The position numbers and the translations under genes were made by a program. From the NCBI GenBank assembly GCA_965207735.1, contig OZ242296.1:4864001-4928000 (forward strand): a stretch of DNA of 64,000 bases, in the 5' to 3' direction. Below are positions 30,509 to 41,197 of the stretch, in pieces. Origin of the DNA: Candidatus Versatilivorator sp. Lineage in GTDB: Bacteria > Acidobacteriota > Terriglobia > Versatilivoradales > Versatilivoraceae. The stretch's first letter is position 1, and every line of letters begins with the position of its first letter. A model generated the notes under the pieces. It ran no database searches and was not told the DNA's origin. It saw only the letters and a list, made by a program, of their open reading frames with translations.

Positions 30509-32149
30509 ATGGAAGCCGAGCGGTCTCGCCCCTGGGCGCGGACTCCGGCGCGGGAACTGGCCGGCCGGCTGTTCGCAGTGGCTGAGGCCTTTTACACCCG
30601 GGGGGACGCCCTGGCCGCGGAGACCGCGGATCGGATGGAGGTGTCTCCGGCGTCAGTCTGGTTCGAGTCCATTTTCCCCGCGGTGTGGGGCCTGCTTTCC
30701 ACCGCGTCGTTTCTGAAGTCCCTCGAGGGCTCGCTGGGCGAAATTGTCGTCTCGGAGCCGACACCCACCGAGGACTTTGCCGGGTCGCCGGCGGTGCGGC
30801 TGCTTCCCGCCAACGCGTTCCAACGCCTGCTCTTGCCCGGTTTTTCGGGGCATGTCCTGCTGCGTCCGTCCCGGAGCCTGCCGCCAAGGAAGTCTTCCTC
30901 CGAGCAACTGGCCCTTTGCCTGCTGCCTTTCAATCTGGCCGGCATCGGAGCCCTGGACATCCTTCATCTGCTTTGCCACGGCCCCAGCAGGGTTCTGGCC
31001 AAGGTCTCCGAGAAGGCTCCTTTTCTCAAAGCTCACCTTGAAAAAATTTTTGCACCTCTGGTGTCGTGTGGCGCCCTGTCGTTTGTCCAGGGCGGCCCCG
31101 ACACCGGGGCGGGCCTGGCGGCCCGTCCCGAGTTCGACCGGATTCACCTGACCGGCAGTGCGCGCACGGCCGCCGCGGTGGAGGCCATCGCCGGAGAGGA
31201 CAAGGTTACCTGCGAACTGGGAGGGGTGACCCCGGCCATCGTCCTTCCCGAGGTGGGACGGGACAGGCGTCTCTTGCGGCAGGTGGCGCGGCAGGTGGTT
31301 TTCGGAGCCCTGGCCAACAACGGGCAGCACTGCGTCAGCTATCAGGTGGTCCTGGTCCCGGATTCCCTGCGGGCCGCGCTGGGCCAGGCGCTGGCCAGGG
31401 AAATGGCGCTGGTGTCTCGGACCGGGGGTCCGGCCGGGCACCATCGGCTGTTGATCGATGAGGCGGCGTCCTCCCGGACGGCGGCCATGGTCGAGGACGC
31501 CCGCCGTCTGGGAGCCACGCTGAATTCGTTCGGGGAGAATGCCGGGGGACGCCGCTTCCCTGTGACGCTCCTGAGCGGAATCACCGAAGAGATGAGGCTC
31601 TATCGCGAGGAGTCCTTCGGTCCGGTGTTGGGCCTGGCGAGCCTGCCCGACAGGGGGTTCAGCCAGACGGCTCTCTCCCGGGTCAATCAGTCGGGTCTGA
31701 CAGGCGACTTGGGCGCCTCGGTGTTTACACCGTTTTCGGATTCGGAATCCGTCAAGCAATTGGCTCGCCGCCTCAAGCACGGGGTGGTGGCCATCAACAG
31801 CTATCCCGGCGTGGCCTACGCCACCACTCTGCCCTGGGGCCCCGGTCCCGGGCAGGCGAGCGGCCGGGGCTGGGTGCACAATTTCCGGTTCCTTGACGAG
31901 TCCCGAATGGAGAAGGTGGTGCTGGCGGCGCCGCTGGGAAGGAAGGGCCTGGGGCCGGTAGCCTGGGAGGACCCCTGGCTACCCAACGTGGCGGGTCGCA
32001 GCCCCCTGCGGCTGGCCAGGGCCTTGGTGCGATCGGCCCTGGCCTACTTTCGGAAGCAGCCATTCCGACTGCTGGCCTCGCAGTGGGACCTGGTTCCGTC
32101 GCTGATCGGCCGCGAGCTCGTCGCCCGCCGTCAGGACCGCTCTCTATGA
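30509..32149 (+). CDS. Aldehyde dehydrogenase family protein
   Basis: PFN, HLTGS, CELGG, NGQHCVS, EESFGPV; ATG 30461 lies inside the MITE, so 30509 is preferred. Confidence 0.85.
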   Translation: MEAERSRPWARTPARELAGRLFAVAEAFYTRGDALAAETADRMEVSPASVWFESIFPAVWGLLSTASFLKSLEGSLGEIVVSEPTPTEDFAGSPAVRLLPANAFQRLLLPGFSGHVLLRPSRSLPPRKSSSEQLALCLLPFNLAGIGALDILHLLCHGPSRVLAKVSEKAPFLKAHLEKIFAPLVSCGALSFVQGGPDTGAGLAARPEFDRIHLTGSARTAAAVEAIAGEDKVTCELGGVTPAIVLPEVGRDRRLLRQVARQVVFGALANNGQHCVSYQVVLVPDSLRAALGQALAREMALVSRTGGPAGHHRLLIDEAASSRTAAMVEDARRLGATLNSFGENAGGRRFPVTLLSGITEEMRLYREESFGPVLGLASLPDRGFSQTALSRVNQSGLTGDLGASVFTPFSDSESVKQLARRLKHGVVAINSYPGVAYATTLPWGPGPGQASGRGWVHNFRFLDESRMEKVVLAAPLGRKGLGPVAWEDPWLPNVAGRSPLRLARALVRSALAYFRKQPFRLLASQWDLVPSLIGRELVARRQDRSL

Positions 32150-32914
32150 GAAATGCGGGCTCGGGGCGGCGTGGCCTGAAGGATGCTTCCGCAGATTCTC
32201 CTCCACCGGTTCCGCAATGATACGGTGCACCCGGTCCATCAGGGCGGGAATGTCCCGCGGACGCAGCCCTTTGGTCTGGATGGTGTCATGCAGGTGCACG
32301 GTAATTTGCGAAGGGTAGAGCATGACGCTTCCCTTGCGGCAGAACTGGAACGATCCGCAAACGCTCATGGGAACAATGGGGGCGCCCAGCCGCTGGGCGA
32401 TGACAAAGGCCCCCTTCTGGAAGGGTCCGACCCGGCCGGTCAGGGTCCGCGACCCCTCGGCAAATATCACCACGCTGATTCCATCCTGGAGGTGGGAGCG
32501 GACCCGGTTCAGCAGGGCCTTGAAGTGGGACGGCCCCCCGCCCCTGCTGACCGGAATGTTGCCGAAACGGCTCATCATCCATCCGTAGACCGGGATCTTG
32601 AAGTGGGATTCCAGTTCCAGTCCTCGAACGAACTGAGGGATCCCGCAGTACACCACAAAGGCGTCGAAGATGTTCACATGGTTGCAGATGAAGATGCTGG
32701 TTCGATCGGGGTCGAAACCCGGCGCCCATCGCTTGCGGAAACGGAGGCCTGCCAGTCGAACGATGTTGCGGCACAAGATCCTCTGGGGCCGGTCGTTCCA
32801 GCGCGGGTCCACGAAGATGCCTAGCACCACCAGAAAGGTGCAGACGGTGAAGAAGTGAAGGCTGCTGGCCGCCCAGATCAGGCCACAGCGCAGGATCAGA
32901 TAGAGTCGGCGCAT
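32144..32914 (-). CDS. 1-acylglycerol-3-phosphate acyltransferase (PlsC family)
   Basis: NHVNIFD (HX4D), FAEGSRT, FQKGAF. Confidence 0.92.
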   Translation of the reverse strand: MRRLYLILRCGLIWAASSLHFFTVCTFLVVLGIFVDPRWNDRPQRILCRNIVRLAGLRFRKRWAPGFDPDRTSIFICNHVNIFDAFVVYCGIPQFVRGLELESHFKIPVYGWMMSRFGNIPVSRGGGPSHFKALLNRVRSHLQDGISVVIFAEGSRTLTGRVGPFQKGAFVIAQRLGAPIVPMSVCGSFQFCRKGSVMLYPSQITVHLHDTIQTKGLRPRDIPALMDRVHRIIAEPVEENLRKHPSGHAAPSPHFS

Positions 32915-33005
32915 GGAAGGTTTCGATTCGGTGGGCTCAACGGAGCCTGCTCGCCCGACGGGGATTGGTACACCAGGTGACCGGTGCTCGTGGAGCTTCT
33001 CCGAC

Positions 33006-33905
33006 TCACGCCGCCACCTGGAGAGCTCCAGGCAGGACCTGGATGAGCTGCGGTTGGCAAACGAGCACTTCGCCGTCGATCATGACCGGCGTGGGACCGT
33101 CAAGGTCGAAATCGACCCGTGAGGCCGCGGCTCGCCAGATCAGCGGGTGCGACATATGGGTTCCGGAGAAAATCCGGGGAAAGGTCTTCACGAACTCCCA
33201 GCGTCCAATGGCGCCGACCCGCGTGATCTCGATCAGCCCATCCGCGATATCGGCTTGCGGGGCGATCATGAGCTTCCCGCCGGTGAAGCGGCTGTTGGAG
33301 AAGGTCAGGTAGGTGCAGGGTTGGCGGTGGGTTTCGCTGTCCTGCTCCAACCGGAAGGGGAAGGTGGGGTAGCGCAGCCCCATCCAACACCTCAGAATCG
33401 CCATCAGGTAGCCCAACTCTCCCCAACCCTTGAAGCGCCGGTTGGTGAGCTCTCCGGCGTCCGCCGTAAAGCCGATGCTGAGCAGATTGATGTAGTGCAC
33501 CGCGCCCTCGGCATGGGTCAGGCGCATGACGTCGCAGGGGCGGGACCGTTGGGCCACCAGTGCTTCCACGGCATGATCCAGTCCCCGATGGCTGAAGTCC
33601 CTCAAAAAGGAATTCCCGGTGCCCAGGGGTAGAAATCCCAGGGTAACCGGTTCGGATTCGTCCTTACGCGGAAAGAGACCGTTGACTACCTCGAAGCTGG
33701 TTCCGTCTCCCCCCACGGCCAGAAAGCGGCGGAAACCGTTCCGGTAGGCCTCGCGGCAGAGACTGGTGGCATGCTCGGCTCTCCGGGTTTCCACCGACTC
33801 CACGGGCACCCCTTGCGAGCGCAGCCGCTCCAGGGCTGCCGGAGCCTGCCGCCCGCAGCGCCCTCCGCCGGCGGCGGGATTGACGATGGCGAAGTAAGGC
33901 TTCAT
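33006..33905 (-). CDS. Diacylglycerol/sphingosine kinase-family lipid kinase (YegS/DgkB-like)
   Basis: IVNPAAG, GGDGT, PLGTGN, IDGE. Confidence 0.92.
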   Translation of the reverse strand: MKPYFAIVNPAAGGGRCGRQAPAALERLRSQGVPVESVETRRAEHATSLCREAYRNGFRRFLAVGGDGTSFEVVNGLFPRKDESEPVTLGFLPLGTGNSFLRDFSHRGLDHAVEALVAQRSRPCDVMRLTHAEGAVHYINLLSIGFTADAGELTNRRFKGWGELGYLMAILRCWMGLRYPTFPFRLEQDSETHRQPCTYLTFSNSRFTGGKLMIAPQADIADGLIEITRVGAIGRWEFVKTFPRIFSGTHMSHPLIWRAAASRVDFDLDGPTPVMIDGEVLVCQPQLIQVLPGALQVAA

Positions 33906-33912
33906 GTTTGTT

Positions 33913-35637
33913 TCAGACAAGCGAATGGACGTCTTCCGGGTCCATGCGAGCCGCAATGGCGTCGGCCAGCAACTGGCGCTTGACCTTGAGCGAGGCCGTC
34001 CGAGGAAAGTCGTCCGGCCACATCAGGTAGCCCGAGAGCCGCTTGAAGTCGGGGAGCCTTCGGTTCCGGCGGCGCAGCTCCTCCAGCACTTCGGGGTCCA
34101 GGGAATCGCCCGCCTCCAGGTGGAGCGCCAAGATCAACTGCTCCCCGGTGAGGGAACGCCGCTTCCAGACATAATTCGCGGCAAAGATGCAAAGTTCCTT
34201 GACTTCGAGGCCGCTGAAGGCGTTCTCGATGTCCTCGGGATAGATGTTCTTGCCTCCCTCGGTGACCACCATGTTCTTGAGACGGCCCACCAAGTGGAGG
34301 TGCCCGCTGGCGTCCATGCGGCCCAGGTCCCCGGTCAGAAGCCAGCCGTCCTTGAAGGTTTCGGCTGTCAGTTCCGGCTCATCCAGGTAGCCTTGCATCA
34401 GCGTCTCGCTCCTGACTGCGATCTCGCCCACGCCTTCGGTGTCCGGATCCAGCACCCGGATCTCCACTCCCGGCAGGGGCTTGCCCACCGTGTCGGCGCG
34501 AAAGGGGTCGAGATCGTTTACGGTGACCGCCGTTCCGGCCTCGGTGAGACCGTAGCCGTTGGCAACCGGCAGACCCAGGTCATAGAAGAACTGCAGGGTT
34601 TCGGGGTCGGCAAAGGCCCCGCCGGTGATGAAGGCCACCAACTCCCCGCCCAGGGCCTGGTGGATCTGGGGCAACAGCCGCCGGCTCAGGGCCGGTCGCG
34701 GCTTGCCGGCCGTCAGCAGGCGGTTGATCCCGATCAGGCGGTTCAGAACCCAATGACGAAAGGGTGGAAGCTCGGCGAACTTGGCCTTCATGCCGGTTTC
34801 CATGGCCTTGAGCACCATGGGAACCACGGCGACGTAGTTGATGCGGTAGCGGGGGAAGGCCGCCTTCAGAAATTCGGGCCGGAGCGTCCTCAGATGGATG
34901 ACGGTAGCGCCGCAGATAAAGGGTCCGATGAAGCCCACCATGAAGTCGATGGCATGGTTGGTGGGCAGGATGCTGAGATAGCGCAGCCCCGGCCAGAAGG
35001 GATACCAGGCCAAGAGCGACTGGCACTGCTTCAGGTAGTTGTCATGGGTCAGCATGCACCCCTTGGGCCGGCCGCCGGTCCCGGAGGAGTATACGATGCA
35101 GGCCAGGTCCGAGCGGTCGCGGGGGACAAACTCCGGGGTGGGGTCCTGCCGGCAGTTCTCCCAGCGCTCCGCCCCGGAAAGATCCGCTTCCGCGGGGGCT
35201 TCGGTGACCAGGATGGTTTCGGGCCTGAAGTCTTCCGGCTTGATTTCCTTGGCCAGGGCCCGCCAGAGCGGGTACTCGATGATCAGCACCTTGGCCTTGG
35301 CGTGAGCCAACAGGGCAAGATGGTCCGAAGGCCCCAGCTTGTAGTCCAGGGGCACCAGCACGCCGCCGCTGTAGAAGACCGCGTAGGCGCCGATAAGCCA
35401 CTTGGACTGATTGGACATCAAGATGCTGGCCCGGTCGCCGGATACGAACCCGGCGGCCTGCAGGGTGGCGGCAATGGGCCGGGCAGCCTCGGCGAAGTCT
35501 CCGTGGGACAGGCGGCAGTTCTCCCGGTCGCGGTCGGCTTCGATCAGCGCCAGGTGATCCGCCCACTTGGAGGTGGAGGCACGCAGGGCTTCGCCCAGAG
35601 AACGGTAGGGGGTCAGGTCGGGGCCGGCAATCTTCAT
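33913..35637 (-). CDS. Long-chain acyl-CoA/ACP synthetase (AMP-binding)
   Basis: [32 protein letters not shown]. Confidence 0.92.
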   Translation of the reverse strand: MKIAGPDLTPYRSLGEALRASTSKWADHLALIEADRDRENCRLSHGDFAEAARPIAATLQAAGFVSGDRASILMSNQSKWLIGAYAVFYSGGVLVPLDYKLGPSDHLALLAHAKAKVLIIEYPLWRALAKEIKPEDFRPETILVTEAPAEADLSGAERWENCRQDPTPEFVPRDRSDLACIVYSSGTGGRPKGCMLTHDNYLKQCQSLLAWYPFWPGLRYLSILPTNHAIDFMVGFIGPFICGATVIHLRTLRPEFLKAAFPRYRINYVAVVPMVLKAMETGMKAKFAELPPFRHWVLNRLIGINRLLTAGKPRPALSRRLLPQIHQALGGELVAFITGGAFADPETLQFFYDLGLPVANGYGLTEAGTAVTVNDLDPFRADTVGKPLPGVEIRVLDPDTEGVGEIAVRSETLMQGYLDEPELTAETFKDGWLLTGDLGRMDASGHLHLVGRLKNMVVTEGGKNIYPEDIENAFSGLEVKELCIFAANYVWKRRSLTGEQLILALHLEAGDSLDPEVLEELRRRNRRLPDFKRLSGYLMWPDDFPRTASLKVKRQLLADAIAARMDPEDVHSLV

Positions 35638-35879
35638 CAGAGTCTGGAATCCACGCGCTCGGCCAGGGTTCGAAAGTCGGTCACTCCCTGGAGTTCGTAG
35701 TCGGGAAGCTCGATGCTAAAGTGATTTTCCAGTTGGGTCAACAGATCCAGTGCCTGCAGACTGTTGATTCCCAACTTTTCGAAGAAGTCGTCGTCTCCGC
35801 TCAGTTGGCCGAGGGGAATTTGAAACCGCTCGGAGGCCAACTGAAGGATCCGGCTCAGGGTTTCTTCTTGCGCGGGCAT
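35637..35879 (-). CDS. Acyl carrier protein
   Basis: 80 aa, acidic, LGINSL phosphopantetheine site. Confidence 0.88.
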   Translation of the reverse strand: MPAQEETLSRILQLASERFQIPLGQLSGDDDFFEKLGINSLQALDLLTQLENHFSIELPDYELQGVTDFRTLAERVDSRL

Positions 35880-35974
35880 GAATGGGTCTCCTTGGTTCTG
35901 TTGCCGCCTGGGCGGCGAAAGGGTTCACCCGATTCGGACGGCAGAACCGCGGTCGCTTGCGGTCCCTCCTCAAT

Positions 35975-36787
35975 TCAGGGCAGATAGGGCTGAACCTGGC
36001 TGCTCTCCACAAATTTGCGTAACGCCGCTTCCACTTCGGGCCGATCGAAGAGCGCGCAGAAGATTTCGATTTCCCGTTCGAGCTCCCGATGAGGGATCGG
36101 CTTGATGAAGCGCTTGGCCTCCTGGGCCGCACGCGAGTCGAACTTGGTTGCCTGGCTGGCGATCCCTCGGGCCGCCCTCAGGGCATGGCCCGGCGCTACC
36201 AGTTGGCTGACCAGCCCGGCCGCGGCCGCCTTGCCGGCGTTGATGCTCCTTCCGGTCAACAGCAGATCGCGGACCAGGGCGTTGCCCAGGTCCCGCTTGA
36301 GTCGAGGGATTCCGCCGAATCCGGGGATCAGCCCCAGCCTCAATTCTGGAAAGCAGAACCGGGCGGTGCGGTCGGCCACAATCATATCGCAGGTCAGGGC
36401 CAGTTCGAACCCTCCCCCGAAGACGACTCCGTGAACTGCCGCCACCGTGGTCACGGGGATCTGGTCGATCCGATTGAACACCCCATGGATGCGTTCCAGG
36501 AAATCGCGAACACCGGTGTTTCTTTCCGCCTGGCCGCGTGACTGCAGCCCGGAAAAGAGCTCCCTGAGGTCGGCTCCGGCGCTGAACCCGGCCTCGATCG
36601 AGCTGTAGACCACCAGGGCTTTGGCACGGGCCGCCTGTTCCTCCAGCGCCTGGACGAAGCCCTCCAACTCCTTCAGCGCGAGCGACCCGATTTCGTTGCA
36701 GGGCTGCCGGTGCAGCCGCAACTCGAAGATCTCATCGGCCAGGCTGTAGGAGAGCGTCTTGCCTTGAAATGGACTCATGATGGTCAA
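35975..36787 (-). CDS. Enoyl-CoA hydratase/isomerase
   Basis: FSAGADL, GGGFELAL, FPELRLGLIPGFGG (both catalytic Glu present). Confidence 0.93.
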   Translation of the reverse strand: MTIMSPFQGKTLSYSLADEIFELRLHRQPCNEIGSLALKELEGFVQALEEQAARAKALVVYSSIEAGFSAGADLRELFSGLQSRGQAERNTGVRDFLERIHGVFNRIDQIPVTTVAAVHGVVFGGGFELALTCDMIVADRTARFCFPELRLGLIPGFGGIPRLKRDLGNALVRDLLLTGRSINAGKAAAAGLVSQLVAPGHALRAARGIASQATKFDSRAAQEAKRFIKPIPHRELEREIEIFCALFDRPEVEAALRKFVESSQVQPYLP

Positions 36788-38463
36788 TCAGACTGGTAGA
36801 GAGCCTCGATCTCTTCCCGAAAATGGGCCTCGATGGCCGCTCTGCGCTGCTTTCCGTTGGCGGCAAGCAGGCCGTTTTCGATGCTGAATAGCTCGGCGGC
36901 AATGTGGAACCGGCGAATCCGGCGGTAGTGCGGCAGTTGCCGGTTGACCTCTTCGATGGCTCGTGCCGACTCTTCCCGGCTCGCCGGTCCCGTCAGCAGG
37001 GCAGCCAGGTACTTGCGCCCGTTCCCGACCACCATCACCTGGGTCGAGGCCGGCAAGGCTTCCAGCAGGCATTGCTCGATGGGCTCCGGGCTGATGTTGT
37101 GCCCCCCGGTGGTGATGATGATGTTCTTCATTCTTCCCACGATTTTCCAGTTTCCGGTGGCGTCCACCTCACCCTGGTCGCCGGTGCGGAACCACCCCTC
37201 CTCGAAGACGTCCCGATTGGACTGGGGGCGGTTCCAGTATCCGGGGAAGATATTGGGTCCCTTCACCAGAATTTCTCCCTCCTGGCTCAGCCGCATTTCG
37301 ATGCCCCGGATGGCCGGACCCACCCGGCCCGCCGTCACCCGGCGCACGTCGTCCATGGTGCAGATGGCGGTGGTTTCCGTCAATCCGTACACCTGCAGGA
37401 CCGGAATGCCGATCATCTGAAAGAACTGCTGGGTTTCCTCCGCCAAGGGAGCGGAGCCGCAGATCAGGGCTCGCAGCCCGGACCCGATGCGGTCTCGGAT
37501 CTTGGGGAAAACCAAGTGTCCCGCCAGGGGCAGCCAGACCCCGTCAAGCAGCCGGGTTCGATTCTCCTGTGCCCGCAACCAAGCCGATTGACCTCGGCTG
37601 AAGAGCAGCAGGCCCACACCGCCGCCCTCCCGTATCTTTTCCTCGACACCGGTTCGGATCCGTTCCAGCAGGGCGGGGACGTTCAGCATGTATTGGGGGC
37701 GCGCCAGCTTCCACTCATCGGCCAGACGGTTGAGGTCCGTCGACAACATCAGGTTGTTGTTGCGGTAGAGGCAGGTGAGCAGCAGGATCCAGGAGCCGGC
37801 GAAGCAGAGGGGCAGATAGTGGAAGACTCGGTCATCTGCATCCCCGGGGACGCCCTCCATCAGCTCTTCCAGGCGGGCCGTGGTCCGTTCCAGCATGAAG
37901 TCGATGTTTTCGCCGTTGAGCATGACACCCTTGGGCTCGCCCGAGGTGCCCGAGGTGTAGATGATGGTTACCACCTGGAGTTGGCCGGGGGGCTCCCCGC
38001 CCCCGATTTCGTTGCCGCCGCCGGCAACGGGAGCGCCCTCTTCCCCTGGCGGCGCTTCCCCCAGTACCTGCGAGAAGTCGAGGACGGGAGGCAGGTCGCT
38101 CCAGCAGGAGCGGATGGTTTCGATTTCGGAGGCCCGGGAACAGCAGAGCAGGGAAACCCCGCAATCCTTCATCATGACAACCAGCTCGTCCGGGGCCTGC
38201 CTGGAATAGAGGGGAACGGCGATGGCCCCCTCGGCCATGATGGCCAGGTTCATGGCGACCCAGTGGCTGCTGTTGGGGCCCAGCAGTCCACAGCGGTCCC
38301 CGGGGCGGAGTCCGGCGTCCCTCAGGCCACGGCGGGCCTGGCCGATCCAATCCAGAAGACCGGCTCCGCTAACCGAGTGGAGACCGTCCTCCCGAACCTC
38401 TTGCAGGACCGTTTTTTGTGGGCTTTGCGCCAGATTGGAAAAAATTTTCCGTAGAAAGTTCAT
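36784..38463 (-). CDS. Second AMP-binding acyl ligase
   Basis: YTSGTSGEPKG, YGLTET, FRTGD, NGKQRR. Confidence 0.92.
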   Translation of the reverse strand: MNFLRKIFSNLAQSPQKTVLQEVREDGLHSVSGAGLLDWIGQARRGLRDAGLRPGDRCGLLGPNSSHWVAMNLAIMAEGAIAVPLYSRQAPDELVVMMKDCGVSLLCCSRASEIETIRSCWSDLPPVLDFSQVLGEAPPGEEGAPVAGGGNEIGGGEPPGQLQVVTIIYTSGTSGEPKGVMLNGENIDFMLERTTARLEELMEGVPGDADDRVFHYLPLCFAGSWILLLTCLYRNNNLMLSTDLNRLADEWKLARPQYMLNVPALLERIRTGVEEKIREGGGVGLLLFSRGQSAWLRAQENRTRLLDGVWLPLAGHLVFPKIRDRIGSGLRALICGSAPLAEETQQFFQMIGIPVLQVYGLTETTAICTMDDVRRVTAGRVGPAIRGIEMRLSQEGEILVKGPNIFPGYWNRPQSNRDVFEEGWFRTGDQGEVDATGNWKIVGRMKNIIITTGGHNISPEPIEQCLLEALPASTQVMVVGNGRKYLAALLTGPASREESARAIEEVNRQLPHYRRIRRFHIAAELFSIENGLLAANGKQRRAAIEAHFREEIEALYQSD

Positions 38464-38476
38464 GGGACCGCAAGGT

Positions 38477-38664
38477 GAATGATGAATGATGAGTGATGAA
38501 TGATGAATAGTGATGAGTGAATAGTGATTGAATCGACACGTCGAGCATCTTGTTGATCTTGTCGCAGCCGTTTAAAGAGTGCAACCAGGTCATAGGGCGC
38601 TTGCCTGCTCCCGAAACCCTCCGCTGACCACTCTCCAGTCATCATTCATCACTCATCATTCATA
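38477..38664. repeat. Inverted heptamer-repeat element (TGA(A/G)TGA)n ... (TCA(T/C)TCA)n
   Basis: tgaatgatgaatgatgagtgatgaatgatgaatagtgatgagtg at 38477-38520; complementary tcatcattcatcactcatcattcat at 38639-38663. Confidence 0.8.
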
Positions 38665-40065
38665 AGTCTCGATCAGGCTGACCAGGTTGGCGCTCAACGG
38701 GGGAAGATAATCTTCCCAGGAGAGATGGCCGTTCCGAGTGGGGAATTCGGGATAGCGCTCCAGCAGGTGCTGCTGAAAATAGACCCCCATGCGCGCCATC
38801 ACCTTCAGGTTTCGCACCACCGTTGCCCCCAGGCTTGCCCGCATCTCCTCAGCCTGACTCAGCAATTTCGGGAGGAGGACCTCCAGCTTGGACTCCAGAT
38901 CGGGGTCATCGACCTCCAGCAGGAATTCCGAGTGCCCCCGTTCCCGCATCAGGTTGCGCAGGCGCTCATCCATGGTGATGCCCGCCGAGGCCACGCCGGC
39001 CGGCATGCTGGTGACCACTCCATGGAATCGGGAGGAAAGGAGCAGATGGCACTGCCTCAGGATGCTCACCAACTGGTACATGTCGAACTGGTCGGCGACA
39101 AAGCAGGGGGCGCCTCCCAGGTCATGGCTGATTCTCTCGCAACTGATTCGATCCAGCGCCTCCATGCCGATCAATACCGGAAACACCCGGTGATTCTTTT
39201 GGAAGGCCTGAATGCCGCGGCTCCAGGCATCGAGATAGCGCTGAAAGGCCTCCCGGACCTCGGGGTTGTCGTGATGGAAATAAATGGAACGGTAGTGGCT
39301 GGCCTTGTACAACCCCAGCAGGGTACGGGCGGTGAACTTGGCCAGCGAAGGCCGCACCGGCCACCAGAAGGGGTTGATAGGGCAGAGCCCCAGGATCGGG
39401 GTGTGTCCATCCCAACCGGCGGCCTTCAGCTGCTTTTGCCCGTATTCCGGCCCGTGGGGTTCAAAGGTCCAGGCCGTATCGGTCCCCAACTCGGTTGGAA
39501 CCCCCAAGCCGCCCAGGATGCCCTGGGATTCCTCGTTGCGGGTGATGACCAGTGAATCGGAACAGAAACGCCGGCACATGGATTTCAGGAAGCGGTCCAT
39601 GTCGCCGGCTTCCGCCCCATATCCCACCGAAAGCCTGTTATGGGCGGCAGCGATTCCCAGGCAGCCAATCATCATGGCGCTGAGGGCGTTGGCGAACTTG
39701 CTTTTGAACATCGAGCCCTCGCAAGCCAGAATCCCATGGTAGCGGCCGACCTCGCGAAAGAGGAAGGGCGGAAAGACATCCGGCAGCTTGACCTGGCGCA
39801 CCGAATCGAAATAGCCGCGAGACCACTCCAGGTTGTGCGAGAGGACACTCATTTCCAGGTTGGAGTCGCCCAGCACGTGGCGAACCTGACGAATCATCTC
39901 CTGGACTCGGACATCGGCCCCGGTATTGCGGTTTCCGTTGTACCCGGCAAAGAGCAGGCGCAGGGGGGTTCCCGGCTGCCAGGACTCTCCCGATCCCAGC
40001 ATCCATCTCAGCTTGGAAAGCTCGATCAGGCTACTGACCCACAGCTCCAGTCCCAGATCCATCAT
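38656..40065 (-). CDS. Polysaccharide pyruvyl transferase-family protein
   Basis: GYNGNRNTGAD, ITRNEES, GTDTAW, LLSSRFHG; ATGA-coupled to the upstream SDR gene. Confidence 0.8.
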   Translation of the reverse strand: MMDLGLELWVSSLIELSKLRWMLGSGESWQPGTPLRLLFAGYNGNRNTGADVRVQEMIRQVRHVLGDSNLEMSVLSHNLEWSRGYFDSVRQVKLPDVFPPFLFREVGRYHGILACEGSMFKSKFANALSAMMIGCLGIAAAHNRLSVGYGAEAGDMDRFLKSMCRRFCSDSLVITRNEESQGILGGLGVPTELGTDTAWTFEPHGPEYGQKQLKAAGWDGHTPILGLCPINPFWWPVRPSLAKFTARTLLGLYKASHYRSIYFHHDNPEVREAFQRYLDAWSRGIQAFQKNHRVFPVLIGMEALDRISCERISHDLGGAPCFVADQFDMYQLVSILRQCHLLLSSRFHGVVTSMPAGVASAGITMDERLRNLMRERGHSEFLLEVDDPDLESKLEVLLPKLLSQAEEMRASLGATVVRNLKVMARMGVYFQQHLLERYPEFPTRNGHLSWEDYLPPLSANLVSLIETYE

Positions 40066-41192
40066 AGGGCAGCCCCCGTCTCGGGCCATTCCCGGTAGGG
40101 ATAGGTGAAGTGGTTCCTGGTGGCGAACTGATAGAGAGGATAGCAGTAGTCGGTGAAACGTGCGGGGGTCATCCCGGTTTCCTGCACCACCCGGCTGTTG
40201 TCAAAGACCGTGTTCCAATGCAGATAGGGAAGAAAGACCTGCATGAGACTGGCCAGATAGCCAACCGCGGTGCCCCGCCGCCGGGCCAGCCAGCTCACCA
40301 AGGAGTTGACGGGGCGGATCAGAGAGGGGACATAGGTCGGCCGTCGGCGGTTGCGCACGGCGCTCAAGGCGTTGGTAATGTCCTGGCAGGTGGGGGAAGC
40401 TCTTCCGGAAGAAAGATGGTAGGTGTCGAAGCCGGGACTCTCTTTCTGGTGCAGGGTCGCCACCGCCTCGGCCACAAAGTCCACGTTGACGATGTCCAGG
40501 CGGTCGCCCGGTCGCAGCGGAAGCAGTGGCAGCCCCGCCAGGAAGGCGAAGGCCTGGACCATGTCGAACTGGGTGGTTTCCGCCCGCCGACTGTCTCCCA
40601 TCACGATGCTGGGGCGAAAGATGGTCAGGGGAGTATCCGGCAGAAGCTCTCGGATCAGGTGTTCAGAGAACTTCTTGGTGCGGGCGTAAGGATCGTAGTC
40701 TGAGCGGTTCCAGTCGATGGCTTCCTCTTCTCCAATGACTTCGTCTTGACGGGTTCCCGCCACCGCCACCGTGCTGATGTGGCTGAAACGTTTCAGGCCG
40801 TGATGGGCAGAGATGGCCTGGGCCAGCTTGACGACCTCCAGGGTGCCTCTGAGATTGATGTTCAGGCAGGCTCGTTCCGATTTGCGGTTGAGAGAGGCTG
40901 CCACATGCAGGATCGAATCCGCGTTCTTGACCAGGTGGCGATACTGGTCCGGACTGAAGCCGAATCCTTCTTCGGTGAGGTCCCCGGTCAGCACCTCGAT
41001 GCCGGTATTCAGGTGGTGGTGGAAGCGGTCGAAGTCCAGGTGCAGCTGAAAGGCCCGCCAAAGGCGTTGGGCCGCGGCTTCACGGTTGGGAGCCCGCACC
41101 AGAAGAATGAGGCGCTGGTGGTGTTTTTCCAGCAACTCGGTGGCGATGTGAGCGCCGAGGTAGCCTGTGGATCCGGTGAGAAAGATGGCCAT
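40062..41192 (-). CDS. Extended SDR / thioester reductase (NAD_binding_4, male-sterility type)
   Basis: TGSTGYLG, HISTV, YARTK, FRPSIVMGD. Confidence 0.9.
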   Translation of the reverse strand: MAIFLTGSTGYLGAHIATELLEKHHQRLILLVRAPNREAAAQRLWRAFQLHLDFDRFHHHLNTGIEVLTGDLTEEGFGFSPDQYRHLVKNADSILHVAASLNRKSERACLNINLRGTLEVVKLAQAISAHHGLKRFSHISTVAVAGTRQDEVIGEEEAIDWNRSDYDPYARTKKFSEHLIRELLPDTPLTIFRPSIVMGDSRRAETTQFDMVQAFAFLAGLPLLPLRPGDRLDIVNVDFVAEAVATLHQKESPGFDTYHLSSGRASPTCQDITNALSAVRNRRRPTYVPSLIRPVNSLVSWLARRRGTAVGYLASLMQVFLPYLHWNTVFDNSRVVQETGMTPARFTDYCYPLYQFATRNHFTYPYREWPETGAAL

Positions 41193-41197
41193 GTCGG

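Noticed and set aside
6027-38454. Long antisense ORFs 6027..8177, 33904..35700 and 36904..38454
   Set aside because: They mirror well-supported genes on the opposite strand and have no motifs.
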